Assembly (NCBI RefSeq): GCF_900187275.1
Contig: NZ_LT906458.1
Location: 1,920,001 to 1,952,000, forward strand
Reading direction: 5' to 3'
DNA: 32,000 bases
From: Pasteurella multocida
GTDB taxonomy: Bacteria > Pseudomonadota > Gammaproteobacteria > Enterobacterales > Pasteurellaceae
This document shows positions 1 through 10,975 of the stretch, piece after piece. Positions within the stretch are counted from its first letter, which is position 1. Each line of letters starts with the position of its first letter. The notes under the pieces were generated by a model that was given only the letters and a program-made list of their open reading frames with translations, had not been told where the DNA came from and did no database searches. A program made the position numbers and the translations under genes.

Positions 1-1646
1 TCTAATCCACTGTAACGACGATCACGGAATAAGCCGAAATAGTCTTGCTGTAAGAGAGAAGAGTCATAACCAAAACCTAAGTAGGCATTATTTAATTTTG
101 AACCAATATTGCTTTGGTCTTTGTAAGGGCGATATAAATATTGCACATGAGGTTCTAAAGTTTGTGTGTAACCTTCAATAAACGTTTGCTGGCTAGCCAA
201 AACTGTTTGTAAGTCCACTTTGACTTGTGGCAAGACACGATTGATTTTTCGTTCTACTTGTTCTGCTTCCGCCGCACGCCCTTGCGTTTGTTGGTAGTGG
301 GTTGCATAGAGTTTCGTTTCAATGTTTAAACTACCATAACGATTCGATAGCGGTAAATTGATGCTCGGTTCAGCATGAAAACGCCATGCTTTTGGCATTA
401 ATGGACTTTTATTATCAAAGTGAACTGCTTGTGAAAAGAGTTTGAAATTCAAAGGGCTATCGAACAGGGCATTTTGGTAATAGTTGAAATCGACTTGCGG
501 CAGAGCGCGATATGGACCAATATCCACTTCGTTGAAAATTTGGAATTGTTTAGCCGAAATCGCAATATTGTAATGCGGTTGGTAATAGGCAACACGGAAT
601 TTTTGATCCGCATAGCCGTCTGTGCTTGAGCCATAAGCTGAATCAAAGTCTGAAAAATAACGTTGATCGCTAACACGGGTATAATCCAAATTTAAACGCC
701 AATTTTGTAAGAAACTGGAATGATGTGTCCAATAAAATAAGTGGCGAGAACGATCGCGATTGCGGTAATCGGTTAGTCGATCTTGCTTTAAATATTCGCC
801 TGCAATTTTTCCTTCCCCGATTGGGCTTAAATAGCGGAATTCACCATTAAGTTGCCAACCACGTTTTGACATATATTTTGGGGTCATGGTGGCATCAAGG
901 TTTGGTGCAATATTCCAATAAAACGGTTGCTCATAGAAATAACCGTCACGATTTGATGTCCCAAAATTTGGTAATAATAAACCTGAACGACGGCGATCCC
1001 CAATCGGTAGCTGTAAATAAGGGGTGTAAAAAATCGGTACACCATGCACTTTAAAACGTGCATGCCACATTTCCGCGTATTCTTCTTGAATATGTTGTCG
1101 CATTTCTTTCGCTTCAATTGACCATGCATTATCTTGTGGTAAGCAAGATGTAAACACTGCATTTGTCATGAGACGATAATCTTCGCGTAGCGCAATGGAT
1201 TCTGCTTTGCCTCGTCCTTGACGATCGACTAGTTGGTAATCTGCGTTTTTGATATCAGTGTTTTTCGTATTGAGCTGCACTTGCGCTTCTTCACCTTTTA
1301 GCTGGATTTGGTGATCTTGATACTCAAATCCTCCGCGGACATGCGCTAAACGCTGTAGTCCATTGGGCTGTTTTTGTTGACTGATGTCTGCACGTTGGGC
1401 ACGGAGTTGGCGGTTACCTTGTTGAATTTCTACATTGCCTTCATAGCTGGCACTAACAGATTGGTTTAATCTTGCCTGATCAGCTTCGATGTAAACAGGC
1501 AAGTCATTTGGATTACCCGTGACCAATTCGCCCGTAAAATGTGGGACACCAGCTAAACATTGTGATTTCAAGTCAGCTAAACTGGATACACTATAAAGGG
1601 TACTCAAGATAGCGATAGAAAGGCGTGTGTAAGAATTCTTTTTCAT
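1..1646 (-). CDS. lptD: LPS-assembly protein LptD (Imp/OstA), C-terminus beyond left edge
   Basis: Reverse strand from ATG at 1646 reads MKKNSYTRLSIAILSTLYSVSSLADLKSQCLAGVPHFTGELVTGNPNDLPVYIEADQARLNQ..., a signal peptide followed by an OstA-like start. The same frame at the left edge reads SLLQQDYFGLFRDRRYSGLD, typical of the LptD C-terminal barrel. Absent from the ORF track because it runs off the window. Confidence 0.93.
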   Translation of the reverse strand, partial: MKKNSYTRLSIAILSTLYSVSSLADLKSQCLAGVPHFTGELVTGNPNDLPVYIEADQARLNQSVSASYEGNVEIQQGNRQLRAQRADISQQKQPNGLQRLAHVRGGFEYQDHQIQLKGEEAQVQLNTKNTDIKNADYQLVDRQGRGKAESIALREDYRLMTNAVFTSCLPQDNAWSIEAKEMRQHIQEEYAEMWHARFKVHGVPIFYTPYLQLPIGDRRRSGLLLPNFGTSNRDGYFYEQPFYWNIAPNLDATMTPKYMSKRGWQLNGEFRYLSPIGEGKIAGEYLKQDRLTDYRNRDRSRHLFYWTHHSSFLQNWRLNLDYTRVSDQRYFSDFDSAYGSSTDGYADQKFRVAYYQPHYNIAISAKQFQIFNEVDIGPYRALPQVDFNYYQNALFDSPLNFKLFSQAVHFDNKSPLMPKAWRFHAEPSINLPLSNRYGSLNIETKLYATHYQQTQGRAAEAEQVERKINRVLPQVKVDLQTVLASQQTFIEGYTQTLEPHVQYLYRPYKDQSNIGSKLNNAYLGFGYDSSLLQQDYFGLFRDRRYSGL

Positions 1647-1709
1647 CGGATAAACCATACATAATCAAAAATTAGCCTGATTATACTGGAAAATCAGGGG
1701 AAAGGCATA

Positions 1710-2261
1710 TTATTTACAGCAACAATCATTCAGGTGATCATTGACCAATCCCATCGACTGCATAAAGGCATAACAAGTGGTTTCTCCAACAAAAACAAAG
1801 CCCCGTTTTTTCAACGCGTTAGACATAGCAATGGAAGTTGGTGTTTTCGTGGGGACGCTTGCTAAGTTAGGGACGTCATTGAACTGGGGTTGGTGATTGA
1901 CAAACGACCAAATAAAATTGCTAAAATTCTCACCGCACTTTTGCATGGCTAAATACGCTTTGGCGTTAGTAATAATCGCTTCAAGTTTTTTGCGATGACG
2001 AATGAGTCCTTGATCCTGCATTAACTTATCCACATCAAGTGCGGTCATCTTCGCGATTTTTTCTGGGTTAAATTGATGAAAAGCGCGGCGGTAATTCTCA
2101 CGTTTTTTTAAGACCGTCAGCCAAGATAAGCCAGCTTGCTGCCCTTCTAGGCAAATTTTTTCAAATAATTTGAGACTATCATATTCTGGTTTGCCCCATT
2201 CGTGATCGTGATAATCACGATAAATTGTGCTATTACCTACCCAACTGCAACGTGTTTTCAT
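1710..2261 (-). CDS. tag: DNA-3-methyladenine glycosylase I
   Basis: MKTRCSWVGNSTIYRDYHDHEWGKPEYDSLKLFEKICLEGQQAGLSWLTVLKKRENYR is typical of Tag. The start is placed at the internal MKTRCSW rather than the track's 2306. Confidence 0.95.
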   Translation of the reverse strand: MKTRCSWVGNSTIYRDYHDHEWGKPEYDSLKLFEKICLEGQQAGLSWLTVLKKRENYRRAFHQFNPEKIAKMTALDVDKLMQDQGLIRHRKKLEAIITNAKAYLAMQKCGENFSNFIWSFVNHQPQFNDVPNLASVPTKTPTSIAMSNALKKRGFVFVGETTCYAFMQSMGLVNDHLNDCCCK

Positions 2262-2304
2262 GTATTTCTCCTTTGTCAGTACGCTCTCTTTTTTCTGTCT
2301 TTTC

Positions 2305-2320
2305 AAGCAAGCGTTTGCTT
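2305..2320. promoter_or_regulatory. PurR-type operator-like palindrome AAGCAAGCGTTTGCTT
   Basis: Matches every specified position of the PurR consensus ANGCAANCGNTTNCNT. Lies in the divergent tag/talB intergenic region. Confidence 0.5.
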
Positions 2321-2418
2321 AGCAACAGTGCAAGAAAAGATCATTCCATTTTCCTTTTGATATGCTATTGTATATAAGTTCACAACGAAGACATTGTAAT
2401 TCAAAATAGAGGGAAATT

Positions 2419-3372
2419 ATGACAACACAACTTGATTCTCTACGTAATATGACGGTGGTGGTTGCTGATACTGGTGACATTGAAGCTATCAAAAAATACC
2501 AACCTGAAGATGCAACAACGAACCCATCTTTAATTCTCAGCGCGTCTGCCTTGCCACAATATGCCTCATTAATTGATGAAGCCATTGCTTATGCCAAATC
2601 AAAAAGCAACTGTTCAAAACAACAATTAATTGATGCAGAAGATAAATTAGCCGTTAACATCGGCTTGGAAATCTTGAAAATTGTGCCGGGACGCATTTCA
2701 ACAGAAGTGGATGCTCGTCTTTCTTATGATACACAAGCAACAATCGAAAAAGCGAAAAAATTAATCGCACTTTATAACGGAGCTGGTATCTCAAACGATC
2801 GTATCTTGATCAAAATTGCTTCAACTTGGCAAGGGATTCGTGCGGCAGAAGAATTAGAAAAACAAGGTATTAACTGTAACTTAACCCTTTTATTCTCTGA
2901 AGCGCAAGCGCGTGCTTGTGCGGAAGCCGGGGTTTACTTAATTTCGCCATTCGTGGGTCGAATTCTTGACTGGTACAAAGCCAACAGCGATAAAAAAGAC
3001 TATGCGCCGGCAGAAGATCCGGGTGTGATTTCCGTGACTAAAATCTATAACTATTACAAACAACACGGCTATAATACGATCGTCATGGGCGCAAGTTTCC
3101 GTAATGTCGGTGAAATTACCGAATTAGCCGGCTGTGACCGCTTAACCATTGCGCCAGCCTTGTTAAAAGAATTACAAGAAAACAGTGCACCACTTGCGCG
3201 TAAATTAAGCTACACGGGCGAGGTGAAAGCGAAACCTCAACCATTAACTGAAGCGGAGTTCTATTGGGCGCATAATAGTGATGCAATGGCAGTTGAAAAA
3301 CTGGCTGACGGTATCCGTAAATTTGCGGCCGACCAAGAAAAATTAGAAGCGATGTTATTAACAAAATTCTAA
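2419..3372 (+). CDS. talB: transaldolase
   Basis: 317 aa. [40 protein letters not shown] and [13 protein letters not shown] are transaldolase signatures. Confidence 0.97.
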   Translation: MTTQLDSLRNMTVVVADTGDIEAIKKYQPEDATTNPSLILSASALPQYASLIDEAIAYAKSKSNCSKQQLIDAEDKLAVNIGLEILKIVPGRISTEVDARLSYDTQATIEKAKKLIALYNGAGISNDRILIKIASTWQGIRAAEELEKQGINCNLTLLFSEAQARACAEAGVYLISPFVGRILDWYKANSDKKDYAPAEDPGVISVTKIYNYYKQHGYNTIVMGASFRNVGEITELAGCDRLTIAPALLKELQENSAPLARKLSYTGEVKAKPQPLTEAEFYWAHNSDAMAVEKLADGIRKFAADQEKLEAMLLTKF

Positions 3373-3389
3373 TTTTGTGCTGAAAAGAG

Positions 3390-3422
3390 AAAAAGTGCGG
3401 TCAATTTTGACCGCATTTTTTA
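3390..3422. terminator. Bidirectional terminator built on a DNA uptake signal (AAAAAGTGCGGTCAATTTTGACCGCATTTTTT)
   Basis: Inverted repeat TGCGGTCAA/TTGACCGCA flanked by A and T runs, between convergent talB and the PIN-like gene. Confidence 0.85.
3393..3401 (+). repeat. DNA uptake signal core AAGTGCGGT (one of 19 exact copies in the window)
   Basis: Other exact copies: 1932-1940(-), 2037-2045(+), 4799-4807(+), 7025-7033(+), 7670-7678(+), 10141-10149(-), 13315-13323(-), 15050-15058(+), 16588-16596(+), 21017-21025(-), 21199-21207(+), 21874-21882(+), 21890-21898(-), 26626-26634(-), 27169-27177(-), 27741-27749(+), 29985-29993(+), 30352-30360(-). Confidence 0.95.
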
Positions 3423-3458
3423 TTGCCAAGTTGGTTCAAGTTTTCTTATATTATTTTA

Positions 3459-4286
3459 TTATTTATATTGAACTTTTTCTGCTTGAGTATTAAGAATGAT
3501 ATTATTGGCTATTAATAAATCAATAATCTTATCTACCTCATTCATTTTTTTTAAATTCAGTTTAGATGCAATATCATTCTTTAAGCTACTTAATTTTGTT
3601 GGTCTTTTATTCTTCTGTTTTTTTAGTAAATAAGAAAGATAAATATCAAATAGGGACTCAACTTTAGTATAAATAATGGTGTTGTTATTGATTTGAATAA
3701 ATGTTTCTTCTTTGAGTTTTGCTATCACCTTATCGATTATTACAGACGACAAGTCAGGGTCTTGATGTTTTAAGTCAGTTTGTGAACGGATATGGTTAGA
3801 TAATGTCTCTAACTTACTCGGTAAGTTTTTAGTTGAGATATTTTTCAATACTTTTTTATATAATTTAGCATACTTCTCCGCATTCTGTTGAAGTGCTATT
3901 TCTTTTTCCTCTTTTACGGATTCAGGTTGTTTATCTGCTGTACTTTTATCAAGAGTCAATAATTGACAATTTCTTGCATTTTTCTGATTTTGGATATAGT
4001 CACAAATTCCTTGATAACCTTTATCTTTAGAAATCACATCAAAGTGAATGTTCTTATCAACTTCTTGATCAAACTTTCCTAAAAAATAAGCAAGATGAAA
4101 ATCAAGATTATTCTTTGCTACATCTTTAATAGTGATTAAATGAATAACAATTTGATCATTAAATTTTTCAGATAGTGTAATAGATTGTTGCTGTGCGCCT
4201 AGGAATAAATATATTTTTTCGTACTTATTTAAATTGATATTATCTAACGAATGGATATTTTCATAATCAATAAACGCATATTTCAT
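3459..4286 (-). CDS. PIN-like domain protein with C-terminal repeated helical/winged-helix-like region
   Basis: 275 aa. N-terminus MKYAFIDYENIHSLD...IYLFLGAQQ...LDFHLAYFLGK...FDVISKDKGYQGICDYI matches the PIN-like 'FVDxENV...FHxAYxLG...ISKDxGF' pattern. Visibly AT-rich. Confidence 0.7.
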   Translation of the reverse strand: MKYAFIDYENIHSLDNINLNKYEKIYLFLGAQQQSITLSEKFNDQIVIHLITIKDVAKNNLDFHLAYFLGKFDQEVDKNIHFDVISKDKGYQGICDYIQNQKNARNCQLLTLDKSTADKQPESVKEEKEIALQQNAEKYAKLYKKVLKNISTKNLPSKLETLSNHIRSQTDLKHQDPDLSSVIIDKVIAKLKEETFIQINNNTIIYTKVESLFDIYLSYLLKKQKNKRPTKLSSLKNDIASKLNLKKMNEVDKIIDLLIANNIILNTQAEKVQYK

Positions 4287-4306
4287 TTAAGATCATCCTT
4301 GAGTGA

Positions 4307-4759
4307 TTAAAAAGCCTTCAACAATTGTACAGAAATAAACTCGCCTTTTAAATAATCTTTCACGGATTCAATTACTAACGGACTACGCTCACATTGCCCC
4401 GCTTGTTGAATGTAGTCATAAAATTCCTCTAAGCTCAGCCATAAACCACGAGTGATGTCAGGATCTTGGGGCTGAATCGGGAGCCAATCATCCAGTTCGA
4501 CGGCAAAGGTAAAACGAAGAAAATCAGTTTTACTACGAGGGGCGTGCCATTGATAGATTTTAATCAAACTTTGCATATCCGCGTGGATACCCGTTTCTTC
4601 AAAGAGCTCACGTTTTGCCCCTTCAAGCAAGCTCTCATCTGCTTCTAAATGTCCGGCGGGCTGATTTAAGGTCAGTTTGCCGTGTTCCAGTTCTTCTACA
4701 AATAAAAATTTGCCTTTGCAATGCACCACACAGGCAAGGGTGACGTTGGGTTTATGCAT
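4307..4759 (-). CDS. nudJ: Nudix hydrolase, phosphatase NudJ
   Basis: MHKPNVTLACVVHCKGKFLFVEELEHGKLTLNQPAGHLEADESLLEGAKRELFEETG contains a Nudix box. Next to rluE as in enterics. Confidence 0.93.
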   Translation of the reverse strand: MHKPNVTLACVVHCKGKFLFVEELEHGKLTLNQPAGHLEADESLLEGAKRELFEETGIHADMQSLIKIYQWHAPRSKTDFLRFTFAVELDDWLPIQPQDPDITRGLWLSLEEFYDYIQQAGQCERSPLVIESVKDYLKGEFISVQLLKAF

Positions 4760-4771
4760 AGCCTGTCCTTA

Positions 4772-5500
<729 letters not shown>

Positions 5501-5618
5501 TTAAAGGTGGTCAGTTGAAAATGGGATCTAGATCGAAAAATAAAGAAATTTTTTAACAAAAATTTAATAAATGCTTGCGAACTTGCGCCAGTTCCAATAG
5601 TTTTGTAAGGATAATCTC

Positions 5619-5684
5619 ATGTCATCACGTAGATTACTGTCGAACAACTATCCTACCACAGGCAAGAAAATAAGGAAGAAATGA
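5619..5684 (+). CDS. Possible 21-codon upstream ORF/leader before icd
   Basis: TAAGG followed 8 nt later by ATG; reads [21 protein letters not shown], with its stop one base before the icd ATG at 5686. Confidence 0.25.
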   Translation: MSSRRLLSNNYPTTGKKIRKK

Positions 5685-5685
5685 T

Positions 5686-6933
5686 ATGCAATCAAAAGTC
5701 GTTATCCCACAAGGTGAAAAAATTCAACTGGATGCCAAAGGAGCATTAATGGTACCTGATAATCCGATTATCCCCTTTATTGAAGGCGATGGTATTGGTG
5801 TGGACGTTACGCCCGCGATGCGTACGGTCATTGATGCGGCGGTGGAAAAAGCCTATGGCGGCAAACGTAAAATTTCGTGGATGGAAATCTATGCCGGTGG
5901 TAAAGCAAATGAGGTCTATGGCGAAAATACTTGGTTACCCGATGAAACCATGACATTTATCCGTGATTATCATGTGGCGATTAAGGGACCGTTAATGACG
6001 CCAGTCGGTGGTGGCATTCGTTCCTTGAATGTGGCGATGCGTCAAGGCTTAGATTTATATAATTGCTTACGTCCAATTCGTTATTATGACGGTACCCCAA
6101 GTCCTGTTAAACACCCTGAATTAGTGGACATGGTGATTTTCCGTGAAAACTCCGAAGATATTTATGCGGGTGTAGAATGGGTGGCAGGATCTGCCGAAGC
6201 GAATAAAGTGATTGCGTTTTTACAACAAGAAATGGGGGTGAAAAAAATCCGTTTTACTGAAGATTGTGGCATTGGTATCAAACCAGTTTCTAAACAAGGT
6301 ACCCAACGTTTAGTACGTGCAGCACTACAATATGTGATTGATAATGATCGCAAATCGCTTACTCTAGTGCACAAAGGGAACATCATGAAATTTACCGAAG
6401 GCGCATTCAAAGAGTGGGGTTATCAAGTGGCGCAAGAGTTTGGTGCCGAATTGCTAGATGGTGGTCCATGGATGACATTAAAAAATCCAAAAACAGGCAG
6501 AGAAATCATCATTAAAGACAGCATTGCCGATGCGTTTTTACAAGAAATTCTGCTTCACCCAACGGAGTACGATGTGATTGCGACTTTAAACCTAAACGGG
6601 GATTACATTTCTGACGCGTTAGCCGCGCAGGTGGGGGGTATCGGGATTTCACCGGGGGCGAATATTGGTGCAGAAGCTGCGATTTTTGAAGCCACCCACG
6701 GTACCGCACCAAAAATTGCAGGACAAGATAAAGGTAATCCGGGTTCTTTGATTTTGAGTGGTGAAATGATGTTACGTCACTTAGGTTGGTTGGAAGCGGC
6801 GGATTTAGTGGTCAAAGCAGTATCGAAAACCATTGCTGATAAAACCGTTACCTTTGATTTTGCTGAAATGTTAGAAGGTGCCACATTACGTTCTACTTCG
6901 GAATTTGCTCAAGATATTGTAGCGAATATGTAA
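5686..6933 (+). CDS. icd: isocitrate dehydrogenase (NADP+)
   Basis: 415 aa. [73 protein letters not shown]. Confidence 0.98.
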   Translation: MQSKVVIPQGEKIQLDAKGALMVPDNPIIPFIEGDGIGVDVTPAMRTVIDAAVEKAYGGKRKISWMEIYAGGKANEVYGENTWLPDETMTFIRDYHVAIKGPLMTPVGGGIRSLNVAMRQGLDLYNCLRPIRYYDGTPSPVKHPELVDMVIFRENSEDIYAGVEWVAGSAEANKVIAFLQQEMGVKKIRFTEDCGIGIKPVSKQGTQRLVRAALQYVIDNDRKSLTLVHKGNIMKFTEGAFKEWGYQVAQEFGAELLDGGPWMTLKNPKTGREIIIKDSIADAFLQEILLHPTEYDVIATLNLNGDYISDALAAQVGGIGISPGANIGAEAAIFEATHGTAPKIAGQDKGNPGSLILSGEMMLRHLGWLEAADLVVKAVSKTIADKTVTFDFAEMLEGATLRSTSEFAQDIVANM

Positions 6934-6953
6934 GTCTTACGTTGATAAAATCT

Positions 6954-6984
6954 CCCCATGATTCTGCGGAATGATGGGGTTTTC
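6954..6984 (+). terminator. Rho-independent terminator of icd
   Basis: CCCCAT...ATGGGG hairpin followed by TTTTCTTTTCTTT. Confidence 0.65.
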
Positions 6985-7089
6985 TTTTCTTTACGGGGGA
7001 AAAATTTACCTTAATTTGCCTGATAAGTGCGGTATTTTTTCTGATTTCACGGTAAACTAAAGACTTTATGATTAACGGGCAGAACTACG

Positions 7090-7368
7090 ATGCGTTTATT
7101 TATTTTTTTATTAGTCGCTGTGTTATTGCTATTCCAATATGATTTTTGGTTTGGCAAGAATGGCTATTTGGATTACAAACGAACCGCACAGCAAATTGCT
7201 CAACATAAACAAGAAAACGAAAAACTGTCACAACGTAATCAAGTGGTGGCAGCAGAAATTAAAGATTTAAAACAAGGGGTAGAAGCTATCGAAGAACGTG
7301 CCAGATTCCAGCATGATATGGTGAAACCCGATGAAATTTTTTATCACATTGTCAAAGAGCAGAAATAA
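7090..7368 (+). CDS. ftsB: cell division protein FtsB
   Basis: 92 aa, N-terminal TM plus coiled coil. [50 protein letters not shown]. Directly upstream of ispD. Confidence 0.95.
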
Positions 7369-8084
7369 TGACAACGCCGATTGCTAAATCTACACGTCGT
7401 ATTGTTGCTGTTGTGCCTGCGGCGGGCATAGGTAGCCGCATGCAAATGGATAAACCGAAGCAGTATCTGCACATTCATGGCAAAACGATCTTAGAACATA
7501 CTTTATCTGTGCTGTTAGGTTATCCATTAATTGAAAAAATTATTTTAGCGGTGGCAGCAAACGATCCCTATATTTCCACTTGCCCTTTATTAACACACCC
7601 GAAAATTCAGCTGGTCGAAGGGGGCAGCAGTCGTGCTGACTCGGTGCTCAATGGGCTTAACGCGGTCAAAAGTGCGGTACAAAATAGCGAAGATTTTTGG
7701 GTGATGGTGCATGATGCGGCACGCCCTTGTTTAACACATCAAGATTTAGATAAATTGGTGCAAGTGGAAGATCAAAACGGGGCGATTCTGGCTATTCCAG
7801 CCACTGATACCATTAAACGTGCTTTACACAATCAGCAAATTCATTATACCGAAGATCGCTCGCAACTTTGGCTAGCGCAGACGCCACAATTTTTTCCCAT
7901 AGCAACCTTAGCACAAGCCTTAGAACAGGCATTGGCGCAAGGTTTACAGGTGACGGATGAAGCATCTGCCATGGAATTTGCTGGATTTCGACCGCACTTA
8001 GTGGCAGGGCGAAGCGATAATATTAAAGTGACCCGTCCAGAAGATTTCGCGTTAGCAGAATTTTATTTAAGCAGAACAAAATAG
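7368..8084 (+). CDS. ispD: 2-C-methyl-D-erythritol 4-phosphate cytidylyltransferase
   Basis: [31 protein letters not shown] and [11 protein letters not shown]. Confidence 0.96.
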
Positions 8085-8092
8085 GAAAAAAG

Positions 8093-8569
8093 ATGATACG
8101 AATTGGTCATGGTTTTGATGTACACGCCTTTGGTGGCGAAGGTCCAATCATTATTGGTGGCGTGGCAATTCCTTATGAAAAAGGGTTACTTGCTCATTCT
8201 GATGGTGATGTGGCATTACATGCTTTAACCGATGCGCTACTTGGTGCGGTCGCATTAGGTGATATTGGCAAACTGTTCCCTGATACTGACATGCAATACA
8301 AAGGTGCAGATAGCCGTGGGTTATTGCGCGAAGCCTATGCACAAGTGCAAGCGAAGGGCTATCAAGTGGGCAATGTCGATGTTACTATCATTGCACAAGC
8401 CCCGAAAATGCGTCCGCATATTGATGCGATGCGAGCGGCAATTGCCGAAGATTTAGCCTGTGATATTGAACAAGTGAACGTGAAAGCGACCACCAGTGAA
8501 CGTTTAGGCTTTACTGGACGCGGTGAAGGCATTGCCTGTGAAGCTGTGGCGTTAGTGGTGAAAAGTTAA
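8093..8569 (+). CDS. ispF: 2-C-methyl-D-erythritol 2,4-cyclodiphosphate synthase
   Basis: [58 protein letters not shown]. Confidence 0.98.
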   Translation: MIRIGHGFDVHAFGGEGPIIIGGVAIPYEKGLLAHSDGDVALHALTDALLGAVALGDIGKLFPDTDMQYKGADSRGLLREAYAQVQAKGYQVGNVDVTIIAQAPKMRPHIDAMRAAIAEDLACDIEQVNVKATTSERLGFTGRGEGIACEAVALVVKS

Positions 8570-9576
8570 TGGAACTGGCTTATTTACATACTCGTCCAGA
8601 GCAATACGCACGTTTGAAAGCCGAATGTGCGGATTTTATTGTCAAAGAAAACCTCGGTTATGAAATGTCTGGCGACGGGGAATTTGTGGCGGTAAAAGTA
8701 CGCAAAACGGATTGCAACACGCTGTTTGTCGGTGAAAAACTCGCCCAATTCGTCGGTATTTCTGAACGTAATATGGGTTATGCGGGCTTAAAAGATCGTA
8801 AAGCCGTGACAGAGCAATGGTTCTGCTTACACATGCCGGGGCAACCCACACCTGATTTCCGCTCATTCCAGTTAGAGGGGGTCGATATCCTCGAAGTGAC
8901 GCGCCATAATCGCAAAATCCGTACGGGGAGTCTTGAGGGGAATCATTTTGAGATTTTGCTACGTGGTGCAAAAGAGACCGATGAACTCAACATGCGTTTA
9001 AACAATATTAAACAATGTGGTTTTCCAAACTATTTTACCGAGCAGCGTTTTGGGCGCGATGGGCATAACCTGACGCAAGCCTTACGTTGGGCACAAGGTG
9101 AAATTAACGTCAAAGATCGCAAAAAACGCAGTTTTTATCTTTCCGCTGCACGCAGTGAAGTCTTCAATCTTGTCGTATCAGAACGTATTGCATTACAGCT
9201 TGCGCAACAAGTATTACGTGGCGATATGTTACAACTACAAGGCTCACACAGTTGGTTTCAAGCCGACGAAAAAGAAGATCTGAATGCCTTACAAGCCCGT
9301 TTAGAACAACAAGATATTTTACTCACGGCACTGCTAATTGGTGAGCAAAATCCTCCTGCCACTGACATCGAAAATCAATTGGTTGAACAACATCAAGCCT
9401 TGTTAACCCTGATGGCGAAAGAACGTATGAAAGCAGCTCGTCGCCCAATGTTAATGCAAGCGCAAGCGTTGCAATGGGCATTTGTTACAGAAGGACTCAA
9501 ACTTGCCTTCTACTTACCCGCGGGCAGTTATGCCACTGCCTTGGTGAGAGAAGTGGTGAATGTGCAAGAAGATTAA
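8569..9576 (+). CDS. truD: tRNA pseudouridine(13) synthase
   Basis: [50 protein letters not shown]. Confidence 0.97.
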   Translation: MELAYLHTRPEQYARLKAECADFIVKENLGYEMSGDGEFVAVKVRKTDCNTLFVGEKLAQFVGISERNMGYAGLKDRKAVTEQWFCLHMPGQPTPDFRSFQLEGVDILEVTRHNRKIRTGSLEGNHFEILLRGAKETDELNMRLNNIKQCGFPNYFTEQRFGRDGHNLTQALRWAQGEINVKDRKKRSFYLSAARSEVFNLVVSERIALQLAQQVLRGDMLQLQGSHSWFQADEKEDLNALQARLEQQDILLTALLIGEQNPPATDIENQLVEQHQALLTLMAKERMKAARRPMLMQAQALQWAFVTEGLKLAFYLPAGSYATALVREVVNVQED

Positions 9577-9605
9577 TTTCAACCCAACATTTAAAAGGAA
9601 TGGCT

Positions 9606-10124
9606 ATGCAAAGATGGATCAAAACACTGCTCAGTATTATGTTGCTTGTGAGTACAATGAATGTCTTCGCTCAACGAGAAGAAGACCCGGTTTTTGAACA
9701 AGGTGTTGAAGCCTATAAACGCGGTGATCATGCTACTGCGTTTAAACTTTGGTTATCACGAGCCGAGCAAGGGGAGATGACCGCTCAATTTAATGTAGGG
9801 AGAATGTACGACGAGGGTGACGGTGTTGAACAAGACAAGCAACAAGCTTTGAAATGGTATCAAAAGTCTGCCGAGCAAAATCACCCCGATGCACAGTATC
9901 ATTTAGGGCTGATGTACAGTGAAGGCGACGGCATTGCACAAGACTTTAAACAAGCCTACAAATGGTATAGTCAATCTGCCGTACAGGGCGATGCGCGTGC
10001 GCTCTATAATTTAGGTACACTCTATGCGAATGGCGAAGGAGTCGAACGCAATTGGGACAGAGCGAAAATGTATTTTAAACAAGCTTGCAAAGCGGGTTTG
10101 CCAGAAGGGTGTGATTGGGAATAA
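9606..10124 (+). CDS. Secreted Sel1-like repeat (tetratricopeptide-like) protein
   Basis: Signal peptide MQRWIKTLLSIMLLVSTMNVFAQ, then Sel1 repeats such as AQFNVGRMYDEGDGVEQDKQQALKWYQKSAEQ and AQYHLGLMYSEGDGIAQDFKQAYKWYSQSAVQ. Start placed at 9606 after AAAAGGA, not the track's 9474. Confidence 0.85.
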   Translation: MQRWIKTLLSIMLLVSTMNVFAQREEDPVFEQGVEAYKRGDHATAFKLWLSRAEQGEMTAQFNVGRMYDEGDGVEQDKQQALKWYQKSAEQNHPDAQYHLGLMYSEGDGIAQDFKQAYKWYSQSAVQGDARALYNLGTLYANGEGVERNWDRAKMYFKQACKAGLPEGCDWE

Positions 10125-10195
10125 AACATTTCTAAAAAGCACCGCACTTTAAACAAACGCATCCAAAGCATATAACAAAGAATAAGGACAACACC

Positions 10196-10936
10196 ATGAA
10201 AATTCTTCTCAGCAACGACGATGGGATTCACGCTGAAGGCATTCAAATACTGGCTCGTGAGTTACGTAAATTTGCTGATGTCACACTTGTCGCCCCTGAC
10301 CGTAATCGCAGTGCAGCGTCCAGTTCTTTAACATTAGTTGAACCATTACGTCCCTTACGCTTGCCGAATGGGGATTATTGCCTCAATGGCACCCCCGCCG
10401 ATTGCGTCTATCTAGCATTAAATGGGTTTTTATCTGGACAAGTGGATTTGGTAGTGTCGGGGATCAATGCGGGCGTGAATTTGGGGGATGATGTGATTTA
10501 TTCAGGCACCGTCGCTGCGGCATTAGAAGGGCGTTATTTAGGGTTGCCTGCAATTGCGGTTTCCCTTGATGGACGTCAACATTATGAGAGCGCGGCGCGT
10601 GTGGTTTGTGAGTTAATTCCTCGATTGCATGGACAAATTTTACAACGGCGTGAAATTCTCAATATTAATGTCCCAGATATTCCTTATGAAGAGATTAAAG
10701 GAGTGAAAGTGTGCCATTTAGGTTATCGTGCAGCTGCCGCAGAGGTGGTGAAGCAACAAGATCCACGAGGTGAGGCAATTTATTGGGTTGGACCGGCGGG
10801 CTTAGCGGAAAATGAACAAGAAGGTACAGACTTTCATGCAGTGAAAAATGGCTATGTCGCGATTACGCCAATTCAAGCAGATATGACCGCCTATCATTCA
10901 TTGCAATCTTTACAAGATTGGTTAGAAAGTGAATAA
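10196..10936 (+). CDS. surE: 5'/3'-nucleotidase SurE
   Basis: [47 protein letters not shown]. Confidence 0.97.
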
Positions 10937-10975
10937 TAATCCGTTTTTTATTCTTTATGATGAGGAAGGTGCGCG

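Noticed and set aside
449-1162. Small ORFs 449..676(-), 866..1054(+), 884..1162(-)
   Set aside because: They lie inside the long truncated lptD reading frame on the minus strand, which is clearly the real gene; the others are out-of-frame or antisense artefacts.
3459-4286. Toxin-antitoxin interpretation of the PIN-like gene
   Set aside because: There is no small partner ORF beside it. Flanking genes are nudJ and talB, and its length and C-terminal extension do not resemble VapC.
9474-9605. Track-extended N-terminus of the Sel1 protein overlapping truD
   Set aside because: The signal peptide starts at 9606 with a good ribosome-binding sequence; the upstream part is out-of-frame truD coding sequence.
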